This document shows, in pieces, positions 1 to 9,640 of a stretch of DNA of 58,681 nucleotides. A program made the translations under genes and the position numbers. Position 1 is the stretch's first letter. Every line of letters starts with the position of its first letter. Source of the DNA: a virus (taxonomy: Duplodnaviria; Caudoviricetes); IMG/VR virus record IMGVR_UViG_3300025687_000049, positions 1 through 58,681 of that record; one strand, 5' to 3'. The notes below the pieces were generated by a model. It was not told the origin of the DNA, did not search any database, and saw only the letters and a list, made by a program, of their open reading frames with translations.

Positions 1-683
1 TAATCAATAGAGTTGGTGTTGTAGTTGGCAACTTGCGTCCAAACTGCTGGCGCTATTTGATCTGTAAAAACATCGCCATCACCATAAAGAGGAAAGCCCC
101 GAGTAGTCGCAGGCTCCGCTGCTAACAGTTCATAATAGGAGTGCTGTCCGCCAACCACAAAACCACTGAATGTACTAGCCTCCACGCTACTAAAATCGGA
201 TTCATTACCAGCAAGGTCACGCGCAGTAATTTTATACCACGTCTGTATTGATGCATCGAACGCTGAGTCTGTATAAGAATTACCCGGAGCACCAACTGTT
301 GCTATAGGAACACCAAAACCAGAGTCAGCAGATGTGGTCGATTTATATATTCGATAGTCCTGAATATCCGGCTCAGTATTACTTGTCCAAATTACCTGTA
401 TAGAGTTAGTCTGCTGGTTCGTTAAAAGAAGTCCGGCAGGGGCTAAGGGAGGGTCTACATCTACATCAGGATGTTTTGCACCTATACCCTGTAAAATACT
501 TACTGACACTTTCGGCTGCCTAATCTCATACTCGCCCAACTCAGCGTTAAGAAAAAACTCATTTGTTTCAAAAACGTCCTGAAATCTGTCTTGGAATACC
601 CATTCATCACCTACTAATTTGTAGACTTCAAGGTATCTTGAATCTGAACCATTGCCGCCGCTCTTTGTTACGCTATTTGGCAT
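1..683 (-). CDS. N-terminal part (truncated by window edge) of FN3-domain virion protein, second copy of 41716-43062
   Basis: ATG at 683 with AAGGAG RBS; near-identical to the 5' half of the 448-aa ORF. Confidence 0.85.
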   Translation of the reverse strand, partial: MPNSVTKSGGNGSDSRYLEVYKLVGDEWVFQDRFQDVFETNEFFLNAELGEYEIRQPKVSVSILQGIGAKHPDVDVDPPLAPAGLLLTNQQTNSIQVIWTSNTEPDIQDYRIYKSTTSADSGFGVPIATVGAPGNSYTDSAFDASIQTWYKITARDLAGNESDFSSVEASTFSGFVVGGQHSYYELLAAEPATTRGFPLYGDGDVFTDQIAPAVWTQVANYNTNSID

Positions 684-775
684 TATTTTCTCCTTTCATT
701 GTATTTAGTCACCACATTGGTCCAGGAAGTAGAACCCGACATAGTGGGGCGCGTTCGCTTCCTCGTCAACGATGC
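1..775. repeat. Diverged direct repeat, copy 1 (matches 42380-43153)
   Basis: Base-by-base match at offset 42379 with roughly 20 differences, including a 1-nt indel near 716; similarity ends at ...cgtcaacgatgc. Confidence 0.95.
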
Positions 776-804
776 AGGGTACCCCATATTTACCTTCGTA
801 ATAA

Positions 805-1167
805 TTAAGACCAGGTAAGGTCGAACGTGAACTGGATGCTATCACTAGCAGCCAAAGCTATGCCAGTAAAGTCTGATTTCAAAAGCAGATTTCCAGTTGT
901 TGACGCATCAAACACCCCTGCATTAGTAATAGTTTTTACACCATCTGCAGTGATAGTACCGACGAATCGGTTTTGGTTAGAGGCAGGTTGGGATGCTGTG
1001 GCTACGACCCTAGCTTCAGATGCCTCCGTAAATAACGTTGTATCCCCTTTAGCTGCTGTACCTGCACCGGTACCCCAAGCCACATACCAGTTAGTGGGGG
1101 CAGAGGAAGTCCCATCAACCAAATCTGCAATTAGGGTCTCCCCTACATCTGTAAATATATCAGCCAT
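805..1167 (-). CDS. Small virion/tail structural protein
   Basis: Thr/Ala/Gly-rich, WGTG..T.L..E...R pattern typical of tail-associated proteins; AGGAG RBS. Confidence 0.6.
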   Translation of the reverse strand: MADIFTDVGETLIADLVDGTSSAPTNWYVAWGTGAGTAAKGDTTLFTEASEARVVATASQPASNQNRFVGTITADGVKTITNAGVFDASTTGNLLLKSDFTGIALAASDSIQFTFDLTWS

Positions 1168-1176
1168 TTAATTCTC

Positions 1177-1416
1177 CTAAACCTTAATTCCAGTGGCTGG
1201 TGCGACTACAGTCTCAACAGTACCATCTGCTCGTGTAATAACCATAGTCAACGTACCAGTCGCCTTACTAGTGGTTTGTGAATGCCCCCCAGAACCCTTC
1301 TCGGAGTCTGGGTTGCGTTGTGTATAGATCCGACCAGTTGCACCATAAGGTGCTACTCTCTTCTCTCCTCTAAAGAATGCTTTAACATCCCCTATCAATT
1401 CTCTAACCTTCATCAT
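1177..1416 (-). CDS. Hypothetical protein
   Basis: ORF in late operon with RBS. Confidence 0.6.
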   Translation of the reverse strand: MMKVRELIGDVKAFFRGEKRVAPYGATGRIYTQRNPDSEKGSGGHSQTTSKATGTLTMVITRADGTVETVVAPATGIKV

Positions 1417-1421
1417 CTCTC

Positions 1422-1763
1422 CTATACCATCTTTGAAAAAGATACAATTGAATTACTTGCCCCTGCTCGAACATAGGACACATGAGTTTGTTCCGGGAGA
1501 AGGGTTAGACTAACCCCCCCACCGGGGATCAATACAGCTCCCGTATCTCCTGCTGTCACGGTATCGCCGGACGCACCGAACTTCACCCACACAGCTTCTG
1601 TAGCAGATACCATGACAATCTGTGTCCCTGTAGGTAACGCATTCCCATTACTAGGGGTAGTCGTTGCGGTACCGTTATGATTGGTGGTAGGCCGCATGAC
1701 TTGGATAGGTGCGGAGTCTTTGTCTTGAGGTAGCTTCGCATCTACATGTTTATATTCAGTCAA
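1422..1763 (-). CDS. Hypothetical (probable virion) protein
   Basis: Beta-rich ORF, overlaps upstream gene. Confidence 0.55.
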   Translation of the reverse strand: MTEYKHVDAKLPQDKDSAPIQVMRPTTNHNGTATTTPSNGNALPTGTQIVMVSATEAVWVKFGASGDTVTAGDTGAVLIPGGGVSLTLLPEQTHVSYVRAGASNSIVSFSKMV

Positions 1764-2112
1764 CTGATTTCTCCCTTTGTGTATCTTTGCGCCACTCGAC
1801 TATCTTTTTTGCCGCTGGCTTAATACCATAGATGGCAAGTGATATACTCACCCACCCAATTATATACCATTCCGGGGCTTTAGCTAAGTTTGCAAACCCA
1901 GCTTCTGAGAATTCCTGAGCACCAGGAACGAAAGCCATGATCGCAGGGATGCTCCAGATCAGTACCACGTACTCATCTTTCCACCCAGCATTCTCAATCA
2001 CCTTACCTGCATTTTCAATCTTAGCTGCAGTCTCGGCTTCTTTTATACGCCCACGCCGATCTATCCATGCGGGGAATATACTAGCAAGTGCTTGGATTAT
2101 TGGGGCTATCAT
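1756..2112 (-). CDS. Putative holin
   Basis: Hydrophobic segments, GWKDE motif, basic C-terminus, adjacent to endolysin. Confidence 0.6.
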   Translation of the reverse strand: MIAPIIQALASIFPAWIDRRGRIKEAETAAKIENAGKVIENAGWKDEYVVLIWSIPAIMAFVPGAQEFSEAGFANLAKAPEWYIIGWVSISLAIYGIKPAAKKIVEWRKDTQREKSVD

Positions 2113-2510
2113 ATTCTCACCTCGAAGTGAAAGAGATCATCGAAGTTGTTGTCTACGATGTCTCCATTTTGATCCCAATCCCCTCCCCACCGTAGATCGA
2201 TATCTCGATGCTTCGCATACTCTATCGCACGTCCAGCTATGTATGATAGTTGTTGCCTCAGTTCACAGTCATCATGTGGGTAAGGGTATGGTTGTAGGTC
2301 TACTGCCGTAGAGGGGAACGAGTTGTGTTTCCCGTTAGGCCACCGTACTTTAGTGTACACTGGGTATAGGGCATTCTGTGTTGCTTCATCCCGGTGACCG
2401 GTGGTCAGTGCTATATCACATACTGAAGCTAGTATGTAGTCTACGATCTCTTGGAGAGGTTCGACCAGCTGAGCCCTTACTCTCCGGCTCCGTGGTCCCC
2501 AATGTCTCAT
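2109..2510 (-). CDS. Endolysin, peptidase M15 (L-Ala-D-Glu peptidase type)
   Basis: G.R...Q, KH...AVD, LRWGGDW, D..HFE motifs. Confidence 0.85.
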   Translation of the reverse strand: MRHWGPRSRRVRAQLVEPLQEIVDYILASVCDIALTTGHRDEATQNALYPVYTKVRWPNGKHNSFPSTAVDLQPYPYPHDDCELRQQLSYIAGRAIEYAKHRDIDLRWGGDWDQNGDIVDNNFDDLFHFEVRI

Positions 2511-4126
2511 GGCATCATCTCAGCTAGTTGCTCCTCAAGGGAGCTGGTGAAGTCAATCCAGGACCAGGTGTCTCCTTCAGCAAGGAGCTTTGCAGTCTCA
2601 CCCCATCCACCATTCTGGTCTATCAGCTGACCGAACGACGCGGCAGCTACACGTTGCCTAGCTTGTGTTGCAGTGAGCTTGAGTCCCTTTTCGAGCTGCC
2701 CATCTGTGACTTGGAGAATCTCTTGCGCTACCTTAGCACCGCGGTCACGTATCTGCCCGATCCCATCTTCCATAAGCTGGTCGATAAGCTGAGCCGGCTC
2801 TATAGGTCCTTTGTTCTGAAGTTTAGTGTAGATGAACTTCTCGATAGCCTCACCCTTAGCGTTGAGTTTCTTTTGTCCACTCTTGTATGTGATCATGTAC
2901 GTAGCTTGAAACTCTGGGATAGACTTCATCTGCCTCCAGGCAGACTCCACAGCACTTAAGTCGAAGTCGATAATGTGCGGGTTGCCCTGCCTGGGGCTCT
3001 TAGCTGCCTCTAAGAGAACTCCTACCACTCGGTTCCGCTCAGCCATGATATCAATCCCAGCCTCCTGCGCTTCCTTTTGAGTCTTTGTTAAGGCACCACC
3101 ACCCAAGGAGCGAGCTACACTGCGTTTCCCTGTCTTAGGTGAGGCAGGACCTTGCACGATATCTAGGAAGGCTCCCCAGGTCTCACTACGACTAATATCC
3201 ATACCCTCATTTTGTGCGGCAAGGTTTATCTTAGCTTTGGTCCCTGCGGAAGTAATCTGACGAGTCTCTACACCAGCACCACCAGCTATAGCTCGTTGAG
3301 CGAGCTGCTTACCGACATCCTGTGGTTGTCTCTGCAGACCTAGCATATTAGTGATACCACGAATGATAGCACGTGCGGCACTACGCCCACCTTCGGGACC
3401 AAGCATCTTACCGAAGCCGGCCGCAGCAAACATACTGCCAATCTTACCGGAGTGTAGACTACGCCCAAGCCCAGACAACACCTTACCACCTATTACGGTA
3501 GCAGTTGCTGCGGAAGCGGCATTCTTTGCTCGAGACTCTTTCATGGTTACAGCCTTACTTCCTTCGATAACCCCTACCAAGGCAGCTTGACCTCCTAAGG
3601 TTGCCCCTAGCTTGGTGAGGAAGTTCAATCCCTTAGAGACTATGTTAAGCCCTTGAATAATCTGCCCACCGGGAACCATGAATGCAGCAAGTGTAGGGAT
3701 AGCTTGCCCCAGGTCTTCCATGCCGAAGCCTTTGTCGTCCAGCTCGGCCCACAGCTTACGGTCCCGCTCTTCCATAGCAGCTAGGACTGCTGCTTCCTCA
3801 GGGGACGAAGCCATCTGTTCTAGTCCTCGAGTGAGGGCAGTTGTTTCTCTACCAAGTCCTTGTAGGAATCGTGAGGGACCGCTATCAGCTACAGCCTCCG
3901 CTTGTCCTTCGGAGAGACCTATACCTTCTAGGAAGCCTGATAAGTTTCTCTCAATTTCGGGGCGCTCATCAACCTCCGCGGCTGGTGCTGCACCGGCAGC
4001 AGCTATCTGTTCCTGCAGCATAGCCTGTCCTTCTGACGTGCTCAAAAAAGCGCTAAATTGCTCTTCAGTTGCGTCAGCCTCTATCTCAAAGGTACCTTGC
4101 TCGGTCTCTATCTGGAATGTAGCCAT
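2507..4126 (-). CDS. Internal virion/ejection protein
   Basis: Large helical Ala/Gly-rich protein, last of three after the tail genes. Confidence 0.55.
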   Translation of the reverse strand: MATFQIETEQGTFEIEADATEEQFSAFLSTSEGQAMLQEQIAAAGAAPAAEVDERPEIERNLSGFLEGIGLSEGQAEAVADSGPSRFLQGLGRETTALTRGLEQMASSPEEAAVLAAMEERDRKLWAELDDKGFGMEDLGQAIPTLAAFMVPGGQIIQGLNIVSKGLNFLTKLGATLGGQAALVGVIEGSKAVTMKESRAKNAASAATATVIGGKVLSGLGRSLHSGKIGSMFAAAGFGKMLGPEGGRSAARAIIRGITNMLGLQRQPQDVGKQLAQRAIAGGAGVETRQITSAGTKAKINLAAQNEGMDISRSETWGAFLDIVQGPASPKTGKRSVARSLGGGALTKTQKEAQEAGIDIMAERNRVVGVLLEAAKSPRQGNPHIIDFDLSAVESAWRQMKSIPEFQATYMITYKSGQKKLNAKGEAIEKFIYTKLQNKGPIEPAQLIDQLMEDGIGQIRDRGAKVAQEILQVTDGQLEKGLKLTATQARQRVAAASFGQLIDQNGGWGETAKLLAEGDTWSWIDFTSSLEEQLAEMMP

Positions 4127-5472
4127 TAATTAATTCGCTTTACCTTGAAGGTGATTGGTGCCGGAGCTTCACTCTCTGTAGAGTCACCACCGGTATCCTT
4201 GCGTGGAGTATTAGCCCGACTGAAAGCACTCTGGTGTCTCACTGCCATACCACCATCATCGATTAGTTGCTCGAATTCTTCAAGAAGGTCAAAGAATTTC
4301 TCTTCCTCTGCCTCGAAGCTCTGCCACTTCTCTAGCCCTATCTGACCATTCAAACCCCCACTTAGTGCACGAGTCCTATGTTGCTTGGCTTTAAAGGCGG
4401 CATCTTCGAATCTCTCTCGAAGTAACACCTTCAGGGCATCAGGATCCCCGTTACCGGTTATCATCTGAATAGCCATCTCAACGTCTTGGTCAGACAAACG
4501 CCCACCAGGGTCGAGACTCTTAGCTAAGGTGTACGCCATATTCAGTACTAAGCCACGTGCTACAGCACTTTCTATACCTAACTGACGCGCATTCTGTAAG
4601 TACCCAGTCTTAGAGATGACTCTGTTGAACCGACTCTGGTCTACTTTCGCATCCTCTTCAGACTGGACTAAGTCCCCAGCTATACGAGCAACCCCAGTGA
4701 AGAAGGACCCTCCTTCAGCAAGAGCATCACCACCCGCGGTGAAGGCTAGTGGTGACTTCAGCATCTGCTTCAGGAATGACTGACCATTACGCATGAGTAC
4801 AGCACCATTTACAAGATCAACTTCGATCCGATCTAGACTACTCTTATTCAAACCACCGGTAGAGTTTGTACTATAATCTTCCAGCTTCAACGCATCTAAA
4901 CCACTACCGACTACATAAGTATGGGTACTGTCCTGTGCCTGACGACGTTGTAACTCAGCATCTATCTCTTCCGGAGTAGCCTTGGGATCTAGCTTAGCTA
5001 CCGGGGTAGTGTCTCCCATAGCATTACGCCTGAAGATGTACGGGGTCTTACTATCCCGGGCTGTCTCAAGAGCGTTCTTGAGCTCAAACTCTTTTTCATC
5101 GATCCCTTGTTTCAAGCGAGTCTGCTCCAGAGCTTGGCTCTGAAGTTTGATGATGTTGTCGTTGGCTTGGAGAGCTATCTTAGGATCTATTCCCGCTAAC
5201 TGCTCACGTACCTTGACTTGCTGCCGGAGCTGGAAGTCTGTTTCTGACTCCCCCTCCTTTCGTTCAACACTCTTCAGGGCACCAGCCAGGGCTTGTTCTT
5301 TTGCCCGGGCAGCACGTATCTCAGGTGAACTGAAGATAGCATTGATTACCTGTTGTGAATTTGCAGCTCTCTGTTGCTCGGGATTCCCGGTACGGAGCTG
5401 CTGTATCATATTGTCGGCCTGAGCTTTTAGCTCTTCGCTCCCAAGGAATTCGAATCCACCGATGTTAGCCAT
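4126..5472 (-). CDS. Internal virion/ejection protein
   Basis: Helical, DPGGRLSDQD motif seen in DNA-injection proteins; position. Confidence 0.55.
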   Translation of the reverse strand: MANIGGFEFLGSEELKAQADNMIQQLRTGNPEQQRAANSQQVINAIFSSPEIRAARAKEQALAGALKSVERKEGESETDFQLRQQVKVREQLAGIDPKIALQANDNIIKLQSQALEQTRLKQGIDEKEFELKNALETARDSKTPYIFRRNAMGDTTPVAKLDPKATPEEIDAELQRRQAQDSTHTYVVGSGLDALKLEDYSTNSTGGLNKSSLDRIEVDLVNGAVLMRNGQSFLKQMLKSPLAFTAGGDALAEGGSFFTGVARIAGDLVQSEEDAKVDQSRFNRVISKTGYLQNARQLGIESAVARGLVLNMAYTLAKSLDPGGRLSDQDVEMAIQMITGNGDPDALKVLLRERFEDAAFKAKQHRTRALSGGLNGQIGLEKWQSFEAEEEKFFDLLEEFEQLIDDGGMAVRHQSAFSRANTPRKDTGGDSTESEAPAPITFKVKRIN

Positions 5473-5481
5473 TTACCCTCC

Positions 5482-6930
5482 CTACAAGAATGAGGCTGAT
5501 ACATTCCCGGCATTACTGTTAATGCTAGGAGTGTTTGGTGTTAAGATGCTCGCTACTCCGGTAGGAGATCCTGTTGGGGATCCCCCGAACCTATTAGCCA
5601 GAGCACTGAATGCTGAGCCGATCCCACCTTGTGGAGCTAGTGCCCCAGATAGTTGAGCTAGGGCTGTTGCCGTGCTGTTGTCTTGTGGCATACCTATACC
5701 AGAAGCTCCCATGCGGGTAGATGCCTGGTTAGTCATGAAGCTACCAACTAAGCTAGCATTCTCTCGAGCGTCCTGGTTCACGCTAGTAGCACCACCAAGT
5801 GCGGCCAGTAAGTTCTGCAGAGCCAGTGATTGGTTCTGGTTGTTCAGTACGTTCGGAGCATTACTCTGACCTAAGGTCTGTTGTGCCTGTGAGAAGCCCT
5901 GCCCTTGGAGTAGGTTAGCCAAGCCAGAGACCTGGTTGAACCGGTTCGTTGCTCCACTCAGGAGTTGATCCTGTAGACCAGCTAGGCCTGAGCCTGTGCC
6001 GGCGAGGGTTTGACCTAAGCCTAGCTGTGCTTGTTGTGCATTCCGACCTTCCTGTCCTGCCATGATCTGGCGTTGTAAGTCAGCCTGACCTAATCCTCTA
6101 GCAAAGGCTTCTGTCTGTAGAGCCCCTCCAGTCGTCCCTAAGCGCCCTGTGGCGAATAGGTTGTCTAGGTTACCAGCGATAAGCCTATCCTCTTCTGGAC
6201 GTGCCTGGTCGCGGAGTAGGGATAACATTTGGTCACGTGAGGCTTCCTGTGTACCAGGTAAGGCACCGAAGGCGTTTTGTGCCTGTCCCATTACCTGCTG
6301 TTGTAAACCTTGAGCGAAGGGATTAGTGAACTGATCGGAAGCTTGTTGTCCTACTTGACCGAAGAGAGCACCCGTCCCTTGCAGGAGTTGATTCAGTGTC
6401 CCCTGACCTTGCTGACCTTGGTTAAGGAAGTTAGCGAAGGCTTGCTGTACGAACGGATCCATACCTTGAGCCTGCGCTGCTTGCTGAGCACTCCCTCCAG
6501 CGAGGCCTACCAGACCTGATCGGATACCTTCCAAATCACCAGCACTGGTGTTGATGCTACCGAGGTCACTACCCGTCAGACCACGTGTACCAGGTATCTG
6601 ACGCTGCCCAGGAGGGAGTGGGTTACCTTTCCCATCATAGTGTATACCGGTGGAAGGATCATATCCAAAAGGAGTTCCTGGTTCGGATAGATTAGCCGTG
6701 GAGCTGGTAACTCCAGTAGGAGCACTCCCAGTACCACCAGGAGATCCACCAAAGGTAACACTTGCCCCACCGGGACCAAAGAAGTCTATAGGGGAGAATG
6801 CATTAAGAGCGATAGACCGCCGAATCTTAGCATCTTTCTTCGCGTCTTTGGCAGCCTTGGATCCAGAAGACATACTTAAGCCCCCTGCGATAACCGAGCC
6901 TGCTGCACCTGCTACTGCTGCCCATGCCAT
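5482..6930 (-). CDS. DNA pilot/ejection protein
   Basis: MAWAAVAGAAGSVIAGG N-terminus, Gln/Gly/Ala-rich, GRLGTTGG motif. Confidence 0.6.
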   Translation of the reverse strand: MAWAAVAGAAGSVIAGGLSMSSGSKAAKDAKKDAKIRRSIALNAFSPIDFFGPGGASVTFGGSPGGTGSAPTGVTSSTANLSEPGTPFGYDPSTGIHYDGKGNPLPPGQRQIPGTRGLTGSDLGSINTSAGDLEGIRSGLVGLAGGSAQQAAQAQGMDPFVQQAFANFLNQGQQGQGTLNQLLQGTGALFGQVGQQASDQFTNPFAQGLQQQVMGQAQNAFGALPGTQEASRDQMLSLLRDQARPEEDRLIAGNLDNLFATGRLGTTGGALQTEAFARGLGQADLQRQIMAGQEGRNAQQAQLGLGQTLAGTGSGLAGLQDQLLSGATNRFNQVSGLANLLQGQGFSQAQQTLGQSNAPNVLNNQNQSLALQNLLAALGGATSVNQDARENASLVGSFMTNQASTRMGASGIGMPQDNSTATALAQLSGALAPQGGIGSAFSALANRFGGSPTGSPTGVASILTPNTPSINSNAGNVSASFL

Positions 6931-6932
6931 AT

Positions 6933-7436
6933 TTACTTATCCTCTAAACGTAGTTGCACCTGGTGTTCCAGGGCATTTTCTGGGGGGACTACAAAATGTT
7001 CCCACAGTTTCTCTTGATCTGTCTCTTCGGTAGCGTGGATGTTTATAAACACTGTTTCCTCTAATGCTAACAAAATCTTTTTCTCTCCAGGCTCACTAAT
7101 ATATACCTCACCAGCTTCAAGGATATATTCCCCGTCAGACTGTTTGACTAGGACTCGTCCTTTTGCAACGATATTGATACAGGCGAAACGGTGTATCTGT
7201 CCGGTAACCCAGTGGCGGTCGGGTAGAGTGAACTTTCTAGCGTAAGCACCGTTGCAATGATAATGTTCCGTCCAGCCCTCAGTAGAGCACGTCTTACCTT
7301 CTCGTATGGCCGCAGCCTCGAGAGCAAGGAGTTGATTTGTGTGCTCACTCTTTGTCTTTACCTGTGTCTTTGGTACTTCTGCTAGAAGCATTTTTTTCTC
7401 TCCGTTCTTGCCAGCGATCATACAGTGTCCACGCAC
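6933..7436 (-). CDS. Cupin-like phage protein (start uncertain)
   Basis: YAR...P....TG.IH....N....G...V pattern of cupin-fold podophage proteins. Confidence 0.55.
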   Translation of the reverse strand: MRGHCMIAGKNGEKKMLLAEVPKTQVKTKSEHTNQLLALEAAAIREGKTCSTEGWTEHYHCNGAYARKFTLPDRHWVTGQIHRFACINIVAKGRVLVKQSDGEYILEAGEVYISEPGEKKILLALEETVFINIHATEETDQEKLWEHFVVPPENALEHQVQLRLEDK

Positions 7437-7593
7437 CTGCGCAGATAGCGATCACTGTGGATAGTGTTATCAGAACTTGGTTAAGGTCTGCTAACCAGGC
7501 TATCCATCCTGTAGTAGCACTTGAGGCTGCTACGGTTGCGGCTACTTCAGCCTTTTGTTGTATGAGTTGTTGCACTGCATTCCTACTGCTCAT
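7345..7593 (-). CDS. Small membrane protein (holin-like)
   Basis: Hydrophobic core, charged C-terminus; coupled to upstream stop. Confidence 0.5.
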   Translation of the reverse strand: MSSRNAVQQLIQQKAEVAATVAASSATTGWIAWLADLNQVLITLSTVIAICAGAWTLYDRWQERREKNASSRSTKDTGKDKE

Positions 7594-8402
7594 TAGATGC
7601 TTACGTAATCGGCAAAGAGTCTCCGATTCCTCCGTCTCTGTGATTTAGTTCTAAATACACTCCCTGGTATTAGGGCATTGTGGATTTGTAAAGCTTGGGT
7701 AGCGTCCACTTTGAAGTCATAGGTAAGCATTTCATACATCACAACATTTTCTATGCTTCTGTCATTTACACCACCACGACCACCTATACATGCAGACGTT
7801 GCAAAAGAATCCCACCAATAGTTGTCGTTAACTCCATCATCACCTGAGGTGTGTGTTACAGGAACGGCTACACCATCCATGTAGATAGTCGGACTAGTAG
7901 TGGTATCCGCTCCTGGTACGACTATTACACTATGCGCATTTAAGTCATTAAACCCACCAACATCTGTGTCCCAGTATTCGTCGTTCGCGCCAGAATCTTG
8001 TACCTGCCAACGGACCGTCCCATCAGCATTGCTGACGCCGAAGTGTATATATCGGCTGTCGAAGCCAAAGTAGAAACCTGCCCAAAACGTAGGGTAGTTG
8101 ACCGTTCCTATTCGGCGGAACACGCACACGAACGTACCTTTATTACTTAGACCCAGACCAGCAGCCTCTAGCTGCCCTCCCCCATTGAGGAGCATCCCGT
8201 AGCCATCCCCAGCGGGATTAGCCTCATATTGGTACTCCATAGTGAAGGTATTAAATGAGCTATCCTCGACGAGGTCGGTGGCAATAGCCGCAGTACCTTC
8301 GTCACTAACTCCACCTGAAGCGTCACTAAAACGCCACCAGCGGTAAGGTCCTACCAGGAGGCCATCTGTGATCGCGTTGATTGTATCATACGGTTCTGCC
8401 AT
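7593..8402 (-). CDS. LamG/ConA-like lectin-fold tail-associated protein
   Basis: WWRFSDASG N-terminal motif, IYMDGV, aromatic/acidic beta composition. Confidence 0.6.
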   Translation of the reverse strand: MAEPYDTINAITDGLLVGPYRWWRFSDASGGVSDEGTAAIATDLVEDSSFNTFTMEYQYEANPAGDGYGMLLNGGGQLEAAGLGLSNKGTFVCVFRRIGTVNYPTFWAGFYFGFDSRYIHFGVSNADGTVRWQVQDSGANDEYWDTDVGGFNDLNAHSVIVVPGADTTTSPTIYMDGVAVPVTHTSGDDGVNDNYWWDSFATSACIGGRGGVNDRSIENVVMYEMLTYDFKVDATQALQIHNALIPGSVFRTKSQRRRNRRLFADYVSI

Positions 8403-9640
8403 TATGCTAGTTCCATTATACTCACGTTACTGTAAGCTGTACCAGCACTGATCGTCTCTGAGGATCCTGTGGTTACCCGTACACGGACTACTTCTGTACC
8501 GTTTGGTAGGTCTAACAAACCACCACACCGAACAGTCTGTTCTGGTGTATCATTGTCGGTATCGTTGTAGAAGCGGGTACGTAGTTTAGTCGTACCATCC
8601 ACCTGGATCTCGATAGTGATTGGCTGGTCATCATTGATAGCTGCGATCGTGATGCTAGATTCTATCCAGATCCGAGTTACAGCTGTGGCTGTGTATTGTC
8701 CTGTAGTTGTACTGAAGCTCCCTCGCGTTAGGCTACTGACCTCAGCTGCGTTGAATACTACCGTGGCAGCAACACCAGCAGTAAGGGCTTGGGTAGATGA
8801 TCTATACCATTTACCTTCCCCTAAAGTGGATCCGACTAAGGAGTCGATTGGTACCTTGCGGTGTGCCGCTGCACTGGAGTCATAGAATACGATAACATCA
8901 TTGGCTACGTCTAGAGTGGTTTCTTCTGTCAACCCACCCACATCCAGTGCGAAGGATCGAGAAGCGTCGATAGTACCCCCACCAGTAAGACCTTCCCCTG
9001 CAGTGAGGGTTATTGTGCTGTGGTCTATATTGTCGTTAGCATCATAATCACCGAGCCCAGCTAACGTCAGTAGACTATTTAGGGTAGTGATCGTGGCTTT
9101 CTTTACAGTGTTACTATCACTGATATCAGCAAAGGAGATTAAGTCTGCAGCTACCGGTGTAGCAGCAGTGAGTTCATTGTAGTCCAGGTCAACAGTACGG
9201 GAGGTGGTTAGCTCACCACCACCAGACAAACCATTGCCGGCTACAATACTTACACCAGATACACCGGTAGAGGTTATCGTAGTCCCGGAAATAGTAAGGC
9301 CTGTCCCTACGGTTAAGAAGGCAGCGGCACCTGCTGAGTCATCCCAGAAGATAAGCCTATCTGCATTAGGATCGGCTAAGGCCTGTAGGTCCTCGATAAC
9401 CCCGGCATCATTCTGAGCCCAAGCGGTCAGTCGGGCAGGGGTAATCACCACGGTATTCGATACACCAGCCTGAGCTTCACCAGCGGTGGCTATGTCAGTG
9501 GAGTCGAACTTGGTGGCAATTGCCGTTTGTATGGCAGAAAACTCCTGGTCGATGTCACTCCCTTTGATTAGTTTAAGGGGGTTACCTGTGGACAGGGCGT
9601 CTTTTGCACTGTAATCATTGACTTGTGAGTAGTCAGCCAT
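8402..9640 (-). CDS. Tail fibre protein
   Basis: N-terminal anchor (KDAL..GNP.K.IKG..ID.EF..I..AI.TK), repeated AG.GL.GGG shaft motifs, C1q-like tip. Confidence 0.8.
   Translation of the reverse strand: MADYSQVNDYSAKDALSTGNPLKLIKGSDIDQEFSAIQTAIATKFDSTDIATAGEAQAGVSNTVVITPARLTAWAQNDAGVIEDLQALADPNADRLIFWDDSAGAAAFLTVGTGLTISGTTITSTGVSGVSIVAGNGLSGGGELTTSRTVDLDYNELTAATPVAADLISFADISDSNTVKKATITTLNSLLTLAGLGDYDANDNIDHSTITLTAGEGLTGGGTIDASRSFALDVGGLTEETTLDVANDVIVFYDSSAAAHRKVPIDSLVGSTLGEGKWYRSSTQALTAGVAATVVFNAAEVSSLTRGSFSTTTGQYTATAVTRIWIESSITIAAINDDQPITIEIQVDGTTKLRTRFYNDTDNDTPEQTVRCGGLLDLPNGTEVVRVRVTTGSSETISAGTAYSNVSIMELA

Noticed and set aside
1-775. Repeat pair as DGR template/variable repeats
   Set aside because: Mismatches are not confined to adenines of one copy, the repeat covers a gene 5' end, and no reverse transcriptase is present
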